Source: Thermoplasmatota archaeon (GTDB lineage: Archaea > Thermoplasmatota > E2 > DHVEG-1). Taken from it: a DNA stretch of 64,000 nt. The translations under genes were made by a program, and so were the position numbers. The notes beneath the pieces are model-generated. The model did no database searches and was not told the DNA's origin. It saw only the letters and a program-made list of their open reading frames with translations. This document shows, piece after piece, positions 49,416 through 59,699 of the stretch. The DNA lies in NCBI GenBank assembly GCA_041550515.1, contig JBFEOQ010000001.1:50998-114997 (forward strand), in the 5' to 3' direction. Positions within the stretch are counted from its first letter, which is position 1, and the number at the start of each line of letters is the position of its first letter.

Positions 49416-51836
49416 TTAACTTGTAATTTCGTTTTTAACATTAAGTCTATTTTCTGTTTCAGCAATTTTAAGTCTTGTCTTGATAACAGTATCTGGATTA
49501 AGTGAAATACTATCTATTCCACATTCTACTAAAAACTCTGCAAACTCTGGAAAATCACTAGGGGCTTGTCCGCAAATTCCTACTTTTCTACTTGGTATAT
49601 GTGAGTGCGCCGTATCTATCACTTGTTTCACAAGTCTTTTTACTGCATCATTTCTTTCATCAAATATATGCGCAACTAAATCAGAATCGCGATCAAGCCC
49701 AAGGGTAAGCTGTGTTAAATCATTTGAACCAATGCTAAATCCATCAAAGATTTCAGCAAACTGATCAGCAACAATGACGTTGCTTGGAATTTCACACATT
49801 ACATATATTTCAAGCTCATTTTCTCCCTGCACTAAGCCAAACTCATGCATAGTTTTTATTACTTTTTTCCCCTCTTCAGGTGTTCTGCAGAACGGGATCA
49901 TTGTTTTAATATTTGTAAGTCCCATTTCATCTCGTGCTTTTTTAATGGCTTTACATTCAAGACCAAATGCTGGTTTATATTTCTCATCATAATATCGTGA
50001 AGCACCACGCCATCCAATCATAGGATTGTGCTCTTCTGGTTCATATAAGAAACCTCCAATGAGATTAGCATATTCATTTGTTTTAAAATCACTCATACGT
50101 ACAATTACATCATTTGGATAAAAGGATGCTGCAATTTTTGCAATACCTCTTGAAAGGGTGTCAACGAAAAATTCTACCTTATTTTCATATCCCTTACTTC
50201 TTTCATCAATGGTGTTTATAACATTAGCTATTTTTTTATTATCCTCTTTTATCTGTTTAAGTTTAGTATATTCAATTAAAGCAAGTGGATGTATTCCGAT
50301 ATGTGAGTTAATAATAAATTCTTCTCGAGCAAGTCCTACTCCATCATTTGGAATTTGACCTTGTGAAAAAGCTTTCTCAGGAATAGCTGCATTCATCATT
50401 ATTCGAGTTTTAGGTCTTGGTAAATTATCTAGTTTAAGTTCATCTATATGGAATTTTAATTTACCTTCATATATACGACCTACTCCTTCGCTACAGTCAA
50501 CTGTAATATTTTTAATATTTTGGATTTTTTGAGTGCCGTTACCTGTACCTATAACGCAAGGAATGCCAAGTTCACGTGAGATAATTGCAGCGTGACATGT
50601 ACGACCACCACGATTTGTAACAATTGCACTCGCAATTTTCATTATTGGCTCCCAATCGGGATCAGTCATATCAGTAACAAGAACTTGTCCTTTTTTGAAA
50701 TTGGCTATGTCTTTTGCATTTTCGATAACATTTGCTTCACCTTGACCAATCATACTTCCAACAGCTTCACCCATAGCTAAAACATTTCCTTTTTCCTCTA
50801 AAACATAAGTTTTCATTGTAGCTGTATCTTTTTGAGAATGAACTGTTTCCGGTCGCGCTTGTACAATAAAAAGCTCTTTAGAATTTCCATCTTTTGCCCA
50901 TTCAATATCCATTGGTTTCCTATAGTGCTCTTCGATGATTACTGCCCATTTAGCAAGTTTTAATATTTCTTCATCTTTTAAAACAAATTTTTCTTTATCT
51001 TCTTTGTTAACTGTGATATTTTTTGTTCCTTTTTTATCATATATCATGCGCTTTTGCTTTGCACCAATCTTTTTCTCAAGAATTGGTTTAAATCCAGTTT
51101 TTAAAGTTGGTTTAAAAACATAAAACTGATCTGGATTTACTGCACCTTGAACAACGTTTTCACCAAGACCATAAGAACCAGTTATATATACAACATCATC
51201 GAATCCGCTTTCAGTATCAATAGAAAACATTACTCCTGCACTTGCTAGATCACTACGTACCATTTTTTGAACACCAACTGATAGATAAACACTAAAATGA
51301 TCAAATCCTTTATCAACACGATAGGATATAGCACGATTCGTAAATAATGATGCAAAACAATCACGAACTTTTTCAAGTAATTCTTCTTCCCCTCGAACAT
51401 TTAAATAAGTCTCCTGTTGACCAGCAAAACTTGCATCTGGTAAATCTTCAGCTGTAGCACTACTTCGCACTGCTACATCACAGTTTTTAACATATCTCTT
51501 CTCCATTCCTTTGTAATATTTACGGATATCTTCTTCCAATTCAGAAGGTAAAGGAGTATTCTTTATAAGATTACGAATTTTTTCTCCACGTTCAGCTAAA
51601 TCACGAACATTATGTGTGTTTAAACCGGTAAGAATATTCTTAATTTTTTTATCAATACCTGCTTTTTCTATTGTATATTTATAAGCATATGCAGTAATAG
51701 CAAAACCAGATGGTACATTAACACCTTTGGATCCAAGATTACGTATCATTTCTCCAAGAGATGCATTTTTTCCACCAACTGATGGAACATCATTTATTGT
51801 TAAATCTTCAAACCATTTATTAAATTCTTCAATCAT
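49416..51836 (-). CDS. ppsA: Phosphoenolpyruvate synthase
   Basis: VGGKNASLGEM, AVRSSATAEDLP.ASFAGQQ, QARPETV, GGRTCHAAI (phospho-His), NPMIGWRG, SIGSNDLTQ, ICGQ. Confidence 0.97.
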   Translation of the reverse strand: MIEEFNKWFEDLTINDVPSVGGKNASLGEMIRNLGSKGVNVPSGFAITAYAYKYTIEKAGIDKKIKNILTGLNTHNVRDLAERGEKIRNLIKNTPLPSELEEDIRKYYKGMEKRYVKNCDVAVRSSATAEDLPDASFAGQQETYLNVRGEEELLEKVRDCFASLFTNRAISYRVDKGFDHFSVYLSVGVQKMVRSDLASAGVMFSIDTESGFDDVVYITGSYGLGENVVQGAVNPDQFYVFKPTLKTGFKPILEKKIGAKQKRMIYDKKGTKNITVNKEDKEKFVLKDEEILKLAKWAVIIEEHYRKPMDIEWAKDGNSKELFIVQARPETVHSQKDTATMKTYVLEEKGNVLAMGEAVGSMIGQGEANVIENAKDIANFKKGQVLVTDMTDPDWEPIMKIASAIVTNRGGRTCHAAIISRELGIPCVIGTGNGTQKIQNIKNITVDCSEGVGRIYEGKLKFHIDELKLDNLPRPKTRIMMNAAIPEKAFSQGQIPNDGVGLAREEFIINSHIGIHPLALIEYTKLKQIKEDNKKIANVINTIDERSKGYENKVEFFVDTLSRGIAKIAASFYPNDVIVRMSDFKTNEYANLIGGFLYEPEEHNPMIGWRGASRYYDEKYKPAFGLECKAIKKARDEMGLTNIKTMIPFCRTPEEGKKVIKTMHEFGLVQGENELEIYVMCEIPSNVIVADQFAEIFDGFSIGSNDLTQLTLGLDRDSDLVAHIFDERNDAVKRLVKQVIDTAHSHIPSRKVGICGQAPSDFPEFAEFLVECGIDSISLNPDTVIKTRLKIAETENRLNVKNEITS

Positions 51837-51941
51837 ATTAAAAGCTCACCAAATGTTTTTTATTTGTTAACAAGAACCTATTAATAAAACCTTTTTAAAA
51901 ACAGCAAAAGTAAGTATTAGTAAGCAACAAAGATTGCTTTT

Positions 51942-52487
51942 TTATTTTTCAATAAACACAGCAGCAGCAAGCACAGTAGTCCATAATCCATTTTTATCCC
52001 CCATTGCGGTTTGTGCAACGCTCTGAGTTCGAACAATCTGTTTACTCATCTTGTATTCCTGTTTTCGTTCATCCCATGCTTTATCAGGATCAAATTCTAA
52101 ACCTAGAGTAGTCGCAAGCATACTTGCGGCAAGATCTTCTGTGTAATCTACTAGTTTTTTCCCAGTAATCCCATTACAATGATGCTCAGATATATATCCA
52201 TAATTATCTCTATTCTTAGGAAGAGCAACTCCTATTGCGGCACCAATTAGTCGATTTGGTTCGTTAGTCGAATTTCTTGACATCACCACATAGGTTATTT
52301 CCCCACTATTAAGTTCTTTTATCCCTTTTTCTCTTGAAATAATTTTACAATTAGAAGGTATAATACTTGAAACATAAACAAGGTTACACTTTTCAATATT
52401 TGCATTACGTAATGCAAGCTCAAAAGACTGTAATTCCTGTTTATGTCTTCCTACTCCTTTTGTAAAAAAAACTCTTTTTGGAACCAT
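51942..52487 (-). CDS. pdaD: Pyruvoyl-dependent arginine decarboxylase
   Basis: SFE.ALR.A.I...NLV.VSSI.P (Ser-Ser cleavage site), YGY.SEH, WTT..AAAVF. Confidence 0.92.
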   Translation of the reverse strand: MVPKRVFFTKGVGRHKQELQSFELALRNANIEKCNLVYVSSIIPSNCKIISREKGIKELNSGEITYVVMSRNSTNEPNRLIGAAIGVALPKNRDNYGYISEHHCNGITGKKLVDYTEDLAASMLATTLGLEFDPDKAWDERKQEYKMSKQIVRTQSVAQTAMGDKNGLWTTVLAAAVFIEK

Positions 52488-52546
52488 ATTTTTTTAGGAA
52501 TATTTTTCCTTTAATAAAGATATCTGAAAGTTTACTATTTTTCTCT

Positions 52547-53461
52547 TTAAATATCTTCGTCATCTATTTTCTTTTCAAACTTCTTTTTTGATCCATTTTG
52601 CATTTTTAATAAATCACGCATTTGTTTTTGTATATCAATTTGTTCTTTTTGGAACGCTGTTTGTTCTTTTTGATATTCAATATTTTTTTGATGATATGGT
52701 ATTGTATCTTTTTCTTGAATGAATTCCTCGACCAATTTTTTTATTTCTTTGAAGGGATGAACTCCATGCAATTCGTAATAACTTCGTGCTCTAGGTGTTT
52801 GAACTTCTTTACCACCACCAAAAATACCCAAGAATTTTGCTTTTTTTTCACCTATTTGAATACCACCTGCTGCAAAAGAATTATCACTACCTAAACCAAA
52901 ACCAGATTGAGAAATAGGAATTATTGTACCAAAACCAAATATTTGGCCAAGTATTCCTTGTTTAGCATTTATATCTGTTATTTTATCATAACGCAGTGTT
53001 CTTTCTTCTTTAGTTATCACTCCTCCTTTAAAGATTATTCTTTCGTTTGATAAGATATATTTATGTGAACGACGGTACAATTCGACTAATAAAAAACCTA
53101 GAAATGAAATTAAAATGGTGTAGATAGGAATAAAAATTTTTACAGAATTTTGCCATCCTTGCCAAAACATAAGAACTATACCCACAACAACTATTCCGAG
53201 ATATATGAAGAAAATTCTCCATCGAATTGTTGTTATCGATACAATAATACCTACTATTAATAATATAATTGCCCATAATGCAATAGGCGCAAGAATATCT
53301 GTGAAAAGAGAATGCCATTCAGAGATATTAACAAACCAATATAGTACTACGCCCCAAATAATTAAGAATATACATAACGCTTGATAACGCATAAATGATA
53401 ATGGATGTGGTGAAAGCATTTTTTCTAGTTTCTCATTTTTTAATAGCTCTTCGTCATTCAT
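52547..53461 (-). CDS. Membrane protein with bacterial PH-like (bPH_2) domain and C-terminal coiled coil
   Basis: About 4 TM segments, then Y.LSNERI....G......R...Y.KI.DI...QG.LG..FG.G.I. Confidence 0.75.
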   Translation of the reverse strand: MNDEELLKNEKLEKMLSPHPLSFMRYQALCIFLIIWGVVLYWFVNISEWHSLFTDILAPIALWAIILLIVGIIVSITTIRWRIFFIYLGIVVVGIVLMFWQGWQNSVKIFIPIYTILISFLGFLLVELYRRSHKYILSNERIIFKGGVITKEERTLRYDKITDINAKQGILGQIFGFGTIIPISQSGFGLGSDNSFAAGGIQIGEKKAKFLGIFGGGKEVQTPRARSYYELHGVHPFKEIKKLVEEFIQEKDTIPYHQKNIEYQKEQTAFQKEQIDIQKQMRDLLKMQNGSKKKFEKKIDDEDI

Positions 53462-54524
53462 CTTGTCCTACTCCTTTCCTCTCATATTTTATTTGTTTTA
53501 TCTTTCTCTTAGTTTTAAATTTATCGTCTTTTCGATTTATTAGTAAATATATCACAACTATAGTTGTAAGTATCATTATAATAAGAGAGATACTTTTATC
53601 CATATCTATTGGTAAATACACAAAAAAGACTCGAGCAAGAATATAAGACAGTGGGATTGTTATATATGGAAGAATTTTTTTTCTCCCTTTTATTTTGTCA
53701 ATGGAAAAAATGAAAATTATTATTAAGAAGGATATAAAAAGACCGACTATTGAAATAATAGATAACCAACCAAAAATTGAAAAAAATGTTGCATAGATGG
53801 CTTGATCTAAGACATACAAAATAAAATAAACTAAGTAAATAAGTAATAATAAGCACAAAACATATAATGGCTTATAGTTAATGAGTTGCCAGATGTTTTT
53901 TAATTCATATGAAATATCTATTTTATCAATTTTTTTTTCACCAAGATAACTTGGTCTTATTCCTAAACCTAAAAAAACCAATAATAGAAGAAAACCCAGA
54001 TAAATAGGATGGAATAAATCTATGTTTATTAAAAAATTTAAAAATTTATCTAAAAAATTATAAAGATTAAAACCTAAAATAGTTAGCTGTCCACTAAAAG
54101 TATATTTAAATTCTAAAATATGAGAAGGTATTGTTGTATCAAAATTATTAACAATGAAATACAAGCAAATTAGTAATAAAAAAGCAGGTATGAAAAAAGG
54201 ACCTACGAAAAGAAAGGTATTTGATATCCATTCTAAAATTCCTTTTTTTTGTTTCTTTGGTGTTACTTTCCCATAATTTACACTTAGATATATTTCAGAT
54301 ATTCCACTTTTTGTAACAGTGTATCCAAAAGCATGACAAATAGTTTGAAATAATATTCCTAAATAATTTGTAAATTTACAAAAAGGCTCATGTTTTTTTC
54401 TTATTTTTTCTAGCAGATATTTTTGACCTTGAATTAATATAAGTTGTATAAACCAGAGTAAACAAATTCCACTTATTGTTGCAAGAGGCGCAATAAGTAT
54501 TACTTCTATTATTGAACTGTCCAT
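53454..54524 (-). CDS. Polytopic membrane protein, M50-peptidase-like with degenerate metal motif
   Basis: GILFQTICHAFG at the G..xHExxH position, later G.V and GP.F segments; many TM helices. Confidence 0.55.
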   Translation of the reverse strand: MDSSIIEVILIAPLATISGICLLWFIQLILIQGQKYLLEKIRKKHEPFCKFTNYLGILFQTICHAFGYTVTKSGISEIYLSVNYGKVTPKKQKKGILEWISNTFLFVGPFFIPAFLLLICLYFIVNNFDTTIPSHILEFKYTFSGQLTILGFNLYNFLDKFLNFLINIDLFHPIYLGFLLLLVFLGLGIRPSYLGEKKIDKIDISYELKNIWQLINYKPLYVLCLLLLIYLVYFILYVLDQAIYATFFSIFGWLSIISIVGLFISFLIIIFIFSIDKIKGRKKILPYITIPLSYILARVFFVYLPIDMDKSISLIIMILTTIVVIYLLINRKDDKFKTKRKIKQIKYERKGVGQDE

Positions 54525-54771
54525 CCTTCTCCAATTTTTGATAGTAAATATTGACTATAAAACTTTATCTTTTAAACAACCTTATTTCTTTAATAAGGTT
54601 TTATAAGTTCTCTAAATTAATTAGGGTACTCTCCATAATTATTTTATTTCTATTATATCTTCTAAAAAATTCCAATTTGCATAAAATAAGAAAAAAAAAG
54701 AACACTTTATTAATAATACTCCCAAATCAATTTAACAAAAGACATGTATATCTTAACTTATAAAAAATAAA

Positions 54772-55584
54772 TTAACGTACTAATTTAAGACGTACCATCT
54801 GATAAAAACTTTCTCCGAAACGAATAAAAAGTGCCTTTTTTTCAGAACCAGTTATTTCAATTTTTGAATCAGAAGTTACATCCATTGGAGATTCTCCATC
54901 GATTACGATTTTAGAAATTTTGCTTTTATGCAGAAGTTTAATAATTATTTTTTTATTAAGGGGGACAACCCATGGACGAGCAGCAAGTTTGAAAGGAGCT
55001 AAAGGTGCTATTACCATTGCGTTAACACTAGGATCTAGAATAGGGCCACCCGCACTTAAAGAATAACTAGTGCTTCCAGTTGGTGTAGCAATTATAATTC
55101 CATCAGCACCAAATGTTTCTAACAATTCATCATCTATTAAAACCTGTAAATAAATCATTTTTGCGATTCGTGATGTTTGAATTGTGACTTCATTTGTCGC
55201 ATCTGGTAATCTTTTACCATCAACGTGTACCTTAAGCTTTGAACGTTCTTCAATATTATATGTACCATTAATCACATGTTGTAAACCTTCTTTTGCATAT
55301 TTTGATTCAACTTCAGAAAGAAAGCCCATGCCTCCACTATTTATTGCAAAAATTGGTTTTTCAATTTTTTCAAGAGCTCTAAGTATTGTTCCATCGCCTC
55401 CAACTGTTACAACGATATCTGCTTTATTGTTAATATCGCGCATAGAATATCCTTTTAAACCATGTTTTTTTGCAAATTTATCCTCTGCAAAGACTTCTCC
55501 ATTTTCTTTTAGAAAATTATAGATATCTTTACCAGTTGAAATCGCTTTTTTCACATGATAATTACAAATTAGACCCCATTTCAT
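54772..55584 (-). CDS. nadK: NAD kinase
   Basis: GGDGTIL, IN.G..GFL, NE, ADG.I.ATPTGST.YSLSAGGP, IDG. Confidence 0.93.
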   Translation of the reverse strand: MKWGLICNYHVKKAISTGKDIYNFLKENGEVFAEDKFAKKHGLKGYSMRDINNKADIVVTVGGDGTILRALEKIEKPIFAINSGGMGFLSEVESKYAKEGLQHVINGTYNIEERSKLKVHVDGKRLPDATNEVTIQTSRIAKMIYLQVLIDDELLETFGADGIIIATPTGSTSYSLSAGGPILDPSVNAMVIAPLAPFKLAARPWVVPLNKKIIIKLLHKSKISKIVIDGESPMDVTSDSKIEITGSEKKALFIRFGESFYQMVRLKLVR

Positions 55585-56789
55585 CTATTTTTAATCTCCT
55601 TAATTTCTTTTCTATGTTTGATTAGAGCATTAAGTTTTGTACTTATAGGTAAATGTTTTGCAACTTCTTTAACAAGACCATAAGTGCTAATTTCTTCAAA
55701 TTTAATATCTTTTAATTCATGTGCTAATTTGTTAAAAATTTTATCATTCATATCTAAAAGTAATTCTTTAACAAGATAGTTTCGTTTGATTTTTTGACCA
55801 AATGCTTCTTTCCAGCGGATTTCATATTCCGATAAAAATTCCTTGCTAAAATCTTTTAATTTTATTGCTTTAGCGATTAATTCACCTGCAATTTTTCCAC
55901 CTTCTAAACAATGAGTAAGTCCTCCTCCTGTTATTGGATCAACATGACGAGCAGCATCACCTACTAGAATCAGATTATCTCTTACTGTTTCAACAGGGTT
56001 TGCTACAGGTACTGCGCCTGCAATAAAACGTATGGGTGAGCCTTTTTGCATTCTTGGATCATTTGAAATAAAATCATCTAATAATTTTTTTGCTCTTCCT
56101 GCCTCAGACAGACTTGCAAGAATACCGATACCAACATTTGCAACGTTTTTACCTTTTGGAAATACCCAAATATAGCCTCCAGGTGCAATTTCTTTACCTA
56201 AGTAAAAATCACAGTATGCATCTTTTACATCGATATTCGTAAGGGTATATTGAGCACAAGTTTCCAAATCCTTAGGCTCAAGACGTGTGTTTATTCCTCC
56301 CCATTGGCCAATTTTTGATTCAACGCCATCTGCACCAACTACAATATCTGCTTCAATTTCAAATTCATCATCAAATCTTTTTACACGAACCCCTCTGATT
56401 TTATCTCCTTGTTTAATAAGTCCAATTGCTTGTGTATTCAACATAAAAGTAGTGCCTGCTTTAATTGCACTGCAGGCTAGTTCTTGATCAAAAATATCAC
56501 GATAAACAACATACCCTGTCTCATTTCCTGCTTGTTCTGCTTGAAGAGTTACACAAGTTTTATCTGGTGAATAAATACGAGCACCATCCATTTTTCCTGC
56601 AATCCAGCGTCTACCTTCAATTATTTTCCATTCATCTATCTTACGACTAATTCCTTCGCCACATAATACAGGTACTCCTACTTCTGCACGTCGCTCAATT
56701 ACAAGAACTTTTGCACCGCCTTCTGCAGCAAAACGTGCTGTAACACTCCCTGCAGGACCAGAACCTACTATTATTACATCATATTTCAT
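55581..56789 (-). CDS. Digeranylgeranylglycerophospholipid reductase (GGR family)
   Basis: GSGPAG, CGEG, R..FD..LA..A, GADG..S, APGGY.WVFPK, GDAA..V.P.TGGG. ATG 56789 after GGGGAGGA. Confidence 0.88.
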   Translation of the reverse strand: MKYDVIIVGSGPAGSVTARFAAEGGAKVLVIERRAEVGVPVLCGEGISRKIDEWKIIEGRRWIAGKMDGARIYSPDKTCVTLQAEQAGNETGYVVYRDIFDQELACSAIKAGTTFMLNTQAIGLIKQGDKIRGVRVKRFDDEFEIEADIVVGADGVESKIGQWGGINTRLEPKDLETCAQYTLTNIDVKDAYCDFYLGKEIAPGGYIWVFPKGKNVANVGIGILASLSEAGRAKKLLDDFISNDPRMQKGSPIRFIAGAVPVANPVETVRDNLILVGDAARHVDPITGGGLTHCLEGGKIAGELIAKAIKLKDFSKEFLSEYEIRWKEAFGQKIKRNYLVKELLLDMNDKIFNKLAHELKDIKFEEISTYGLVKEVAKHLPISTKLNALIKHRKEIKEIKNR

Positions 56790-56979
56790 GTTGATATTCC
56801 TCCCCACAAATTGCTCCAATTGGGCAAGTCCTTATACAAATCGCACAGCTTATGCATTTCTGTGGGTCTATCTCAGCTTTATATCCTGTCCAGAATATTG
56901 CATCTTGTGGACAAATAGATATACATCCACAACAGGCTAAGCATTTCTTTTTATCTATAATTGCTTTAGGCTTTCCCAT
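56779..56979 (-). CDS. 2x[4Fe-4S] ferredoxin
   Basis: CLACCGCISICP and CISCAICIRTCP; overlaps the GGR start. Confidence 0.9.
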   Translation of the reverse strand: MGKPKAIIDKKKCLACCGCISICPQDAIFWTGYKAEIDPQKCISCAICIRTCPIGAICGEEYQHEI

Positions 56980-57538
56980 AACTTTCACCACGTTTAAATC
57001 CAGAGGCTATTAGATGAGCCACCCTAATCGGTTCTGGAATAACACCCCTTATTGTTGATATATTTATTATTTCTTTTGTCTCCTCGAGTGATAAACCTTT
57101 ACATTTAACATAAATTGGATTATGTTTCGTTTTAATCTCATGAAGTTTTCCTTTTTCCATCAAATTAAAGCGTGTTTTCCAATCCTTAAAATTTTTTTGT
57201 AATGCTACTTTTATTTTTTTAAAATCAGGTTTATCTCTTGTTATAGTTATTACTGGAAGTTCAGTTTCATTATATAAACTCTCGATATCAACAATATTAA
57301 ACCCACCTAGTGCTATTCCATCAATAAGAATTGCTTTTAATTGTATTTTATGTCTTGTGTTTTCAATCATTCTTTTACAAACAAAGGTTGCATCATCTCC
57401 ATCAAGAGATACTTGATTTTTTAGTATACCTTCGATATATTCGCCACCACGCATTATAACACCGATAACAATTACCTTTTTATCAGTAAATGTAAAAGGA
57501 GAATCATCAATGCCCATTAACCTGATTTGCTGTTTCAT
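56966..57538 (-). CDS. DUF99-family (endonuclease V-like) protein
   Basis: R..GIDDSPF, DG.DAT, DGI..GGFN.VD, IPEP.RVAH.IA. Confidence 0.88.
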   Translation of the reverse strand: MKQQIRLMGIDDSPFTFTDKKVIVIGVIMRGGEYIEGILKNQVSLDGDDATFVCKRMIENTRHKIQLKAILIDGIALGGFNIVDIESLYNETELPVITITRDKPDFKKIKVALQKNFKDWKTRFNLMEKGKLHEIKTKHNPIYVKCKGLSLEETKEIINISTIRGVIPEPIRVAHLIASGFKRGESYGKA

Positions 57539-57704
57539 TTAAATTAATAAAACTATTTTAAGCTAATAAACTTTCTAATTTTCTTTCTTTTAACTTTGAA
57601 TAAAAATTACTTTTATTATATGCATTACAATTTTGTAAATAAGAAATGAACTTAAAATGACTGTATTTTAAATTTTCATATTTACTTCATTTAATAATGA
57701 TTTT

Positions 57705-58067
57705 TTATAAAATTGGTAAATTTCCAGTAACTTGATCTATAATATTATTTGGAGCAGGGCCAATTCCAAGAACTGTTTTAGTTCCTTCAGGTATTTCTGT
57801 ATGTCCCGCATCAGTAATTATATAAGCAATAATTTTTAGTTCTTCAGCTTTTTTTTTCAAAGGATAAAAATCTTTTTCAGAATCAACTTTTAAAATAGCT
57901 TTTTTAGCACCTTCTGTTTGCCAATTATAAAACCATCTTGAATTAATTTTTTTTGTATCAAGAGCACAAGCAACTGCTGCATGAGCAACTTGAGCTGCAA
58001 GTTTCCCCGGTGAAAGCTTTAAATCACAACGGGTGATAATAACCATTTTATATTCGAAATCAGGCAT
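57705..58067 (-). CDS. pth2: Peptidyl-tRNA hydrolase Pth2
   Basis: K.VI..R.DLK...GK.AAQVAHA, W..EG.KK, I.DAG.TE...GT.T.LGIGP. Confidence 0.95.
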   Translation of the reverse strand: MPDFEYKMVIITRCDLKLSPGKLAAQVAHAAVACALDTKKINSRWFYNWQTEGAKKAILKVDSEKDFYPLKKKAEELKIIAYIITDAGHTEIPEGTKTVLGIGPAPNNIIDQVTGNLPIL

Positions 58068-58069
58068 AT

Positions 58070-58429
58070 TTACTCATCATCAATATCATTAGATATTTCT
58101 TTATAATTTTCCTCTCTCCACTTTTTCCCCATAAGTTCAGCATTTGAGTTATCTATAAGACCTTTTACAAGAAGTGTTTTACCATTTTCTTGAATATGTT
58201 TTAGTGGAACACCAAGATATTTATCTTTTGTTTTAATAATTAATAAATCTTTATTAAATGCTATACTTTCACCAACTGTTTTACCTATGCCATCTATTAC
58301 AAAGCGACATAGTAAATTATACTTATATTCTTCTTCTTTTTCATGCTCTTCTTTTCTTTGTTTACGTTTAGAGAAAATAAATAAAATAGCATGGGAAGAG
58401 ATTAAAGCTAAATTTAATAAAATATACAT
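58070..58429 (-). CDS. Small archaeal beta-barrel hypothetical protein (DUF5749/PRC-like)
   Basis: CRFV.D..G..VGESI.....LIIK....YLGVPL.HI......L..KG..D...A...G.KW; start uncertain. Confidence 0.6.
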   Translation of the reverse strand: MYILLNLALISSHAILFIFSKRKQRKEEHEKEEEYKYNLLCRFVIDGIGKTVGESIAFNKDLLIIKTKDKYLGVPLKHIQENGKTLLVKGLIDNSNAELMGKKWREENYKEISNDIDDE

Positions 58430-58507
58430 TGATATATCGCCTGCTTATTTTGCCAAGTAATCTGCGATTCTGTTATAAATCTTTGGAAGCATATCGGTTT
58501 TATAAAT

Positions 58508-59692
58508 ATGAAAAAATATGATGTAATAGTTGTAGGTGGAGGTCCAATTGGAGGGCATGTTTCAAAAAAGATCTCTGAAAAAAATTATTCAGTAGCGGTA
58601 TTAGAAAAAAATAACGAGATTGGAAAATATCTAAATTGTGCAGGTCTTGTAACAAAACGTGTTTTTAACATCACGAAAATATCCTTAAAAACAATTCAAA
58701 ATAAAATTTATGGTGCAAATATACATTCCCCTTCTAATAATATATTAAAAATTGGAGGGGATCGAATTCATGCAATTGTAATTAATAGAAAAAATTTTGA
58801 TAAAGAAATAATAAAAAAAGCAGAAAAAAACCAAGTAGATATTTTTCTTGAAAATAAATTAAATAGTATACAAAAAAATAAAAATAAATTAAATATAATG
58901 ACATCTAAAAAACAAGAGTTTAAATGTAAAATTTTAATTGGCTCTGATGGTCCATTATCAAAAACAAGAATGCTTTTGAATTTTCCTAATCCAAAAGAAT
59001 TTTTAAAAGGAATAGGTGCTGAAGTTTCTAATGTATCTATTGATCCTAATTTTGTTGAAATATTTATTGGTAATAATATTGCTCCTGGTTTTTTTGCCTG
59101 GATAATACCTATTAATAATGAAGGTACAGAGGCAAGAATTGGTTTATGCATTGATAATGATGCATTGTATCCACCATTATTTTATTTTAAAAAATTTTTA
59201 CAAAATAAAAATTCTCAAAATTTTATTAAGGATGCAAAAATAGAAAGAAATATCGCAGGAATTATTCCACTCGGTGCACTGAAAAAAACTTTTGCTGATA
59301 ATGTACTTCTCGTTGGTGATGCAGCAGCGCAGGTAAAGCCTACTTCTGGGGGAGGGTTATATACAGGTTTGTTATCAGCTGAACATTGTGCGAATATAGC
59401 AACTTTTTCTTTAGAAAAAAATAATTTTTCTTCCATGGTTTTAAAAAAATATCATAAACTTTGGTATAAGGATTTAGGTAAAGAATTAAATCTTGGTATG
59501 ATCTTTAGAAGAATTTTTAAAAAATTATCAGATAAAGAATTAAACAAGTATATATGTAAATTAACGAACCCTAAAACTGTGAATATTATTAATAAATATG
59601 GTGATATCGATTATCCTTCTAGACTTGCAAGTCCAATTATTAAAATTAATCCTTCAATCCTTAAACTTGCTAAAAATATTTTAAAAAAATAA
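58508..59692 (+). CDS. Second geranylgeranyl-reductase-family flavoprotein
   Basis: GGGP.G, CAGL, R..FD, G.DG..S, APGFFAW.IP, GDAA.QVKP.SGGG, YGDIDYPS. Confidence 0.85.
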   Translation: MKKYDVIVVGGGPIGGHVSKKISEKNYSVAVLEKNNEIGKYLNCAGLVTKRVFNITKISLKTIQNKIYGANIHSPSNNILKIGGDRIHAIVINRKNFDKEIIKKAEKNQVDIFLENKLNSIQKNKNKLNIMTSKKQEFKCKILIGSDGPLSKTRMLLNFPNPKEFLKGIGAEVSNVSIDPNFVEIFIGNNIAPGFFAWIIPINNEGTEARIGLCIDNDALYPPLFYFKKFLQNKNSQNFIKDAKIERNIAGIIPLGALKKTFADNVLLVGDAAAQVKPTSGGGLYTGLLSAEHCANIATFSLEKNNFSSMVLKKYHKLWYKDLGKELNLGMIFRRIFKKLSDKELNKYICKLTNPKTVNIINKYGDIDYPSRLASPIIKINPSILKLAKNILKK

Positions 59693-59699
59693 AATAAGT

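Noticed and set aside
54551..54763. 70-aa intergenic ORF
   Set aside because: TTG start, low-complexity L/I/K/N composition typical of AT-rich non-coding DNA, no motif.
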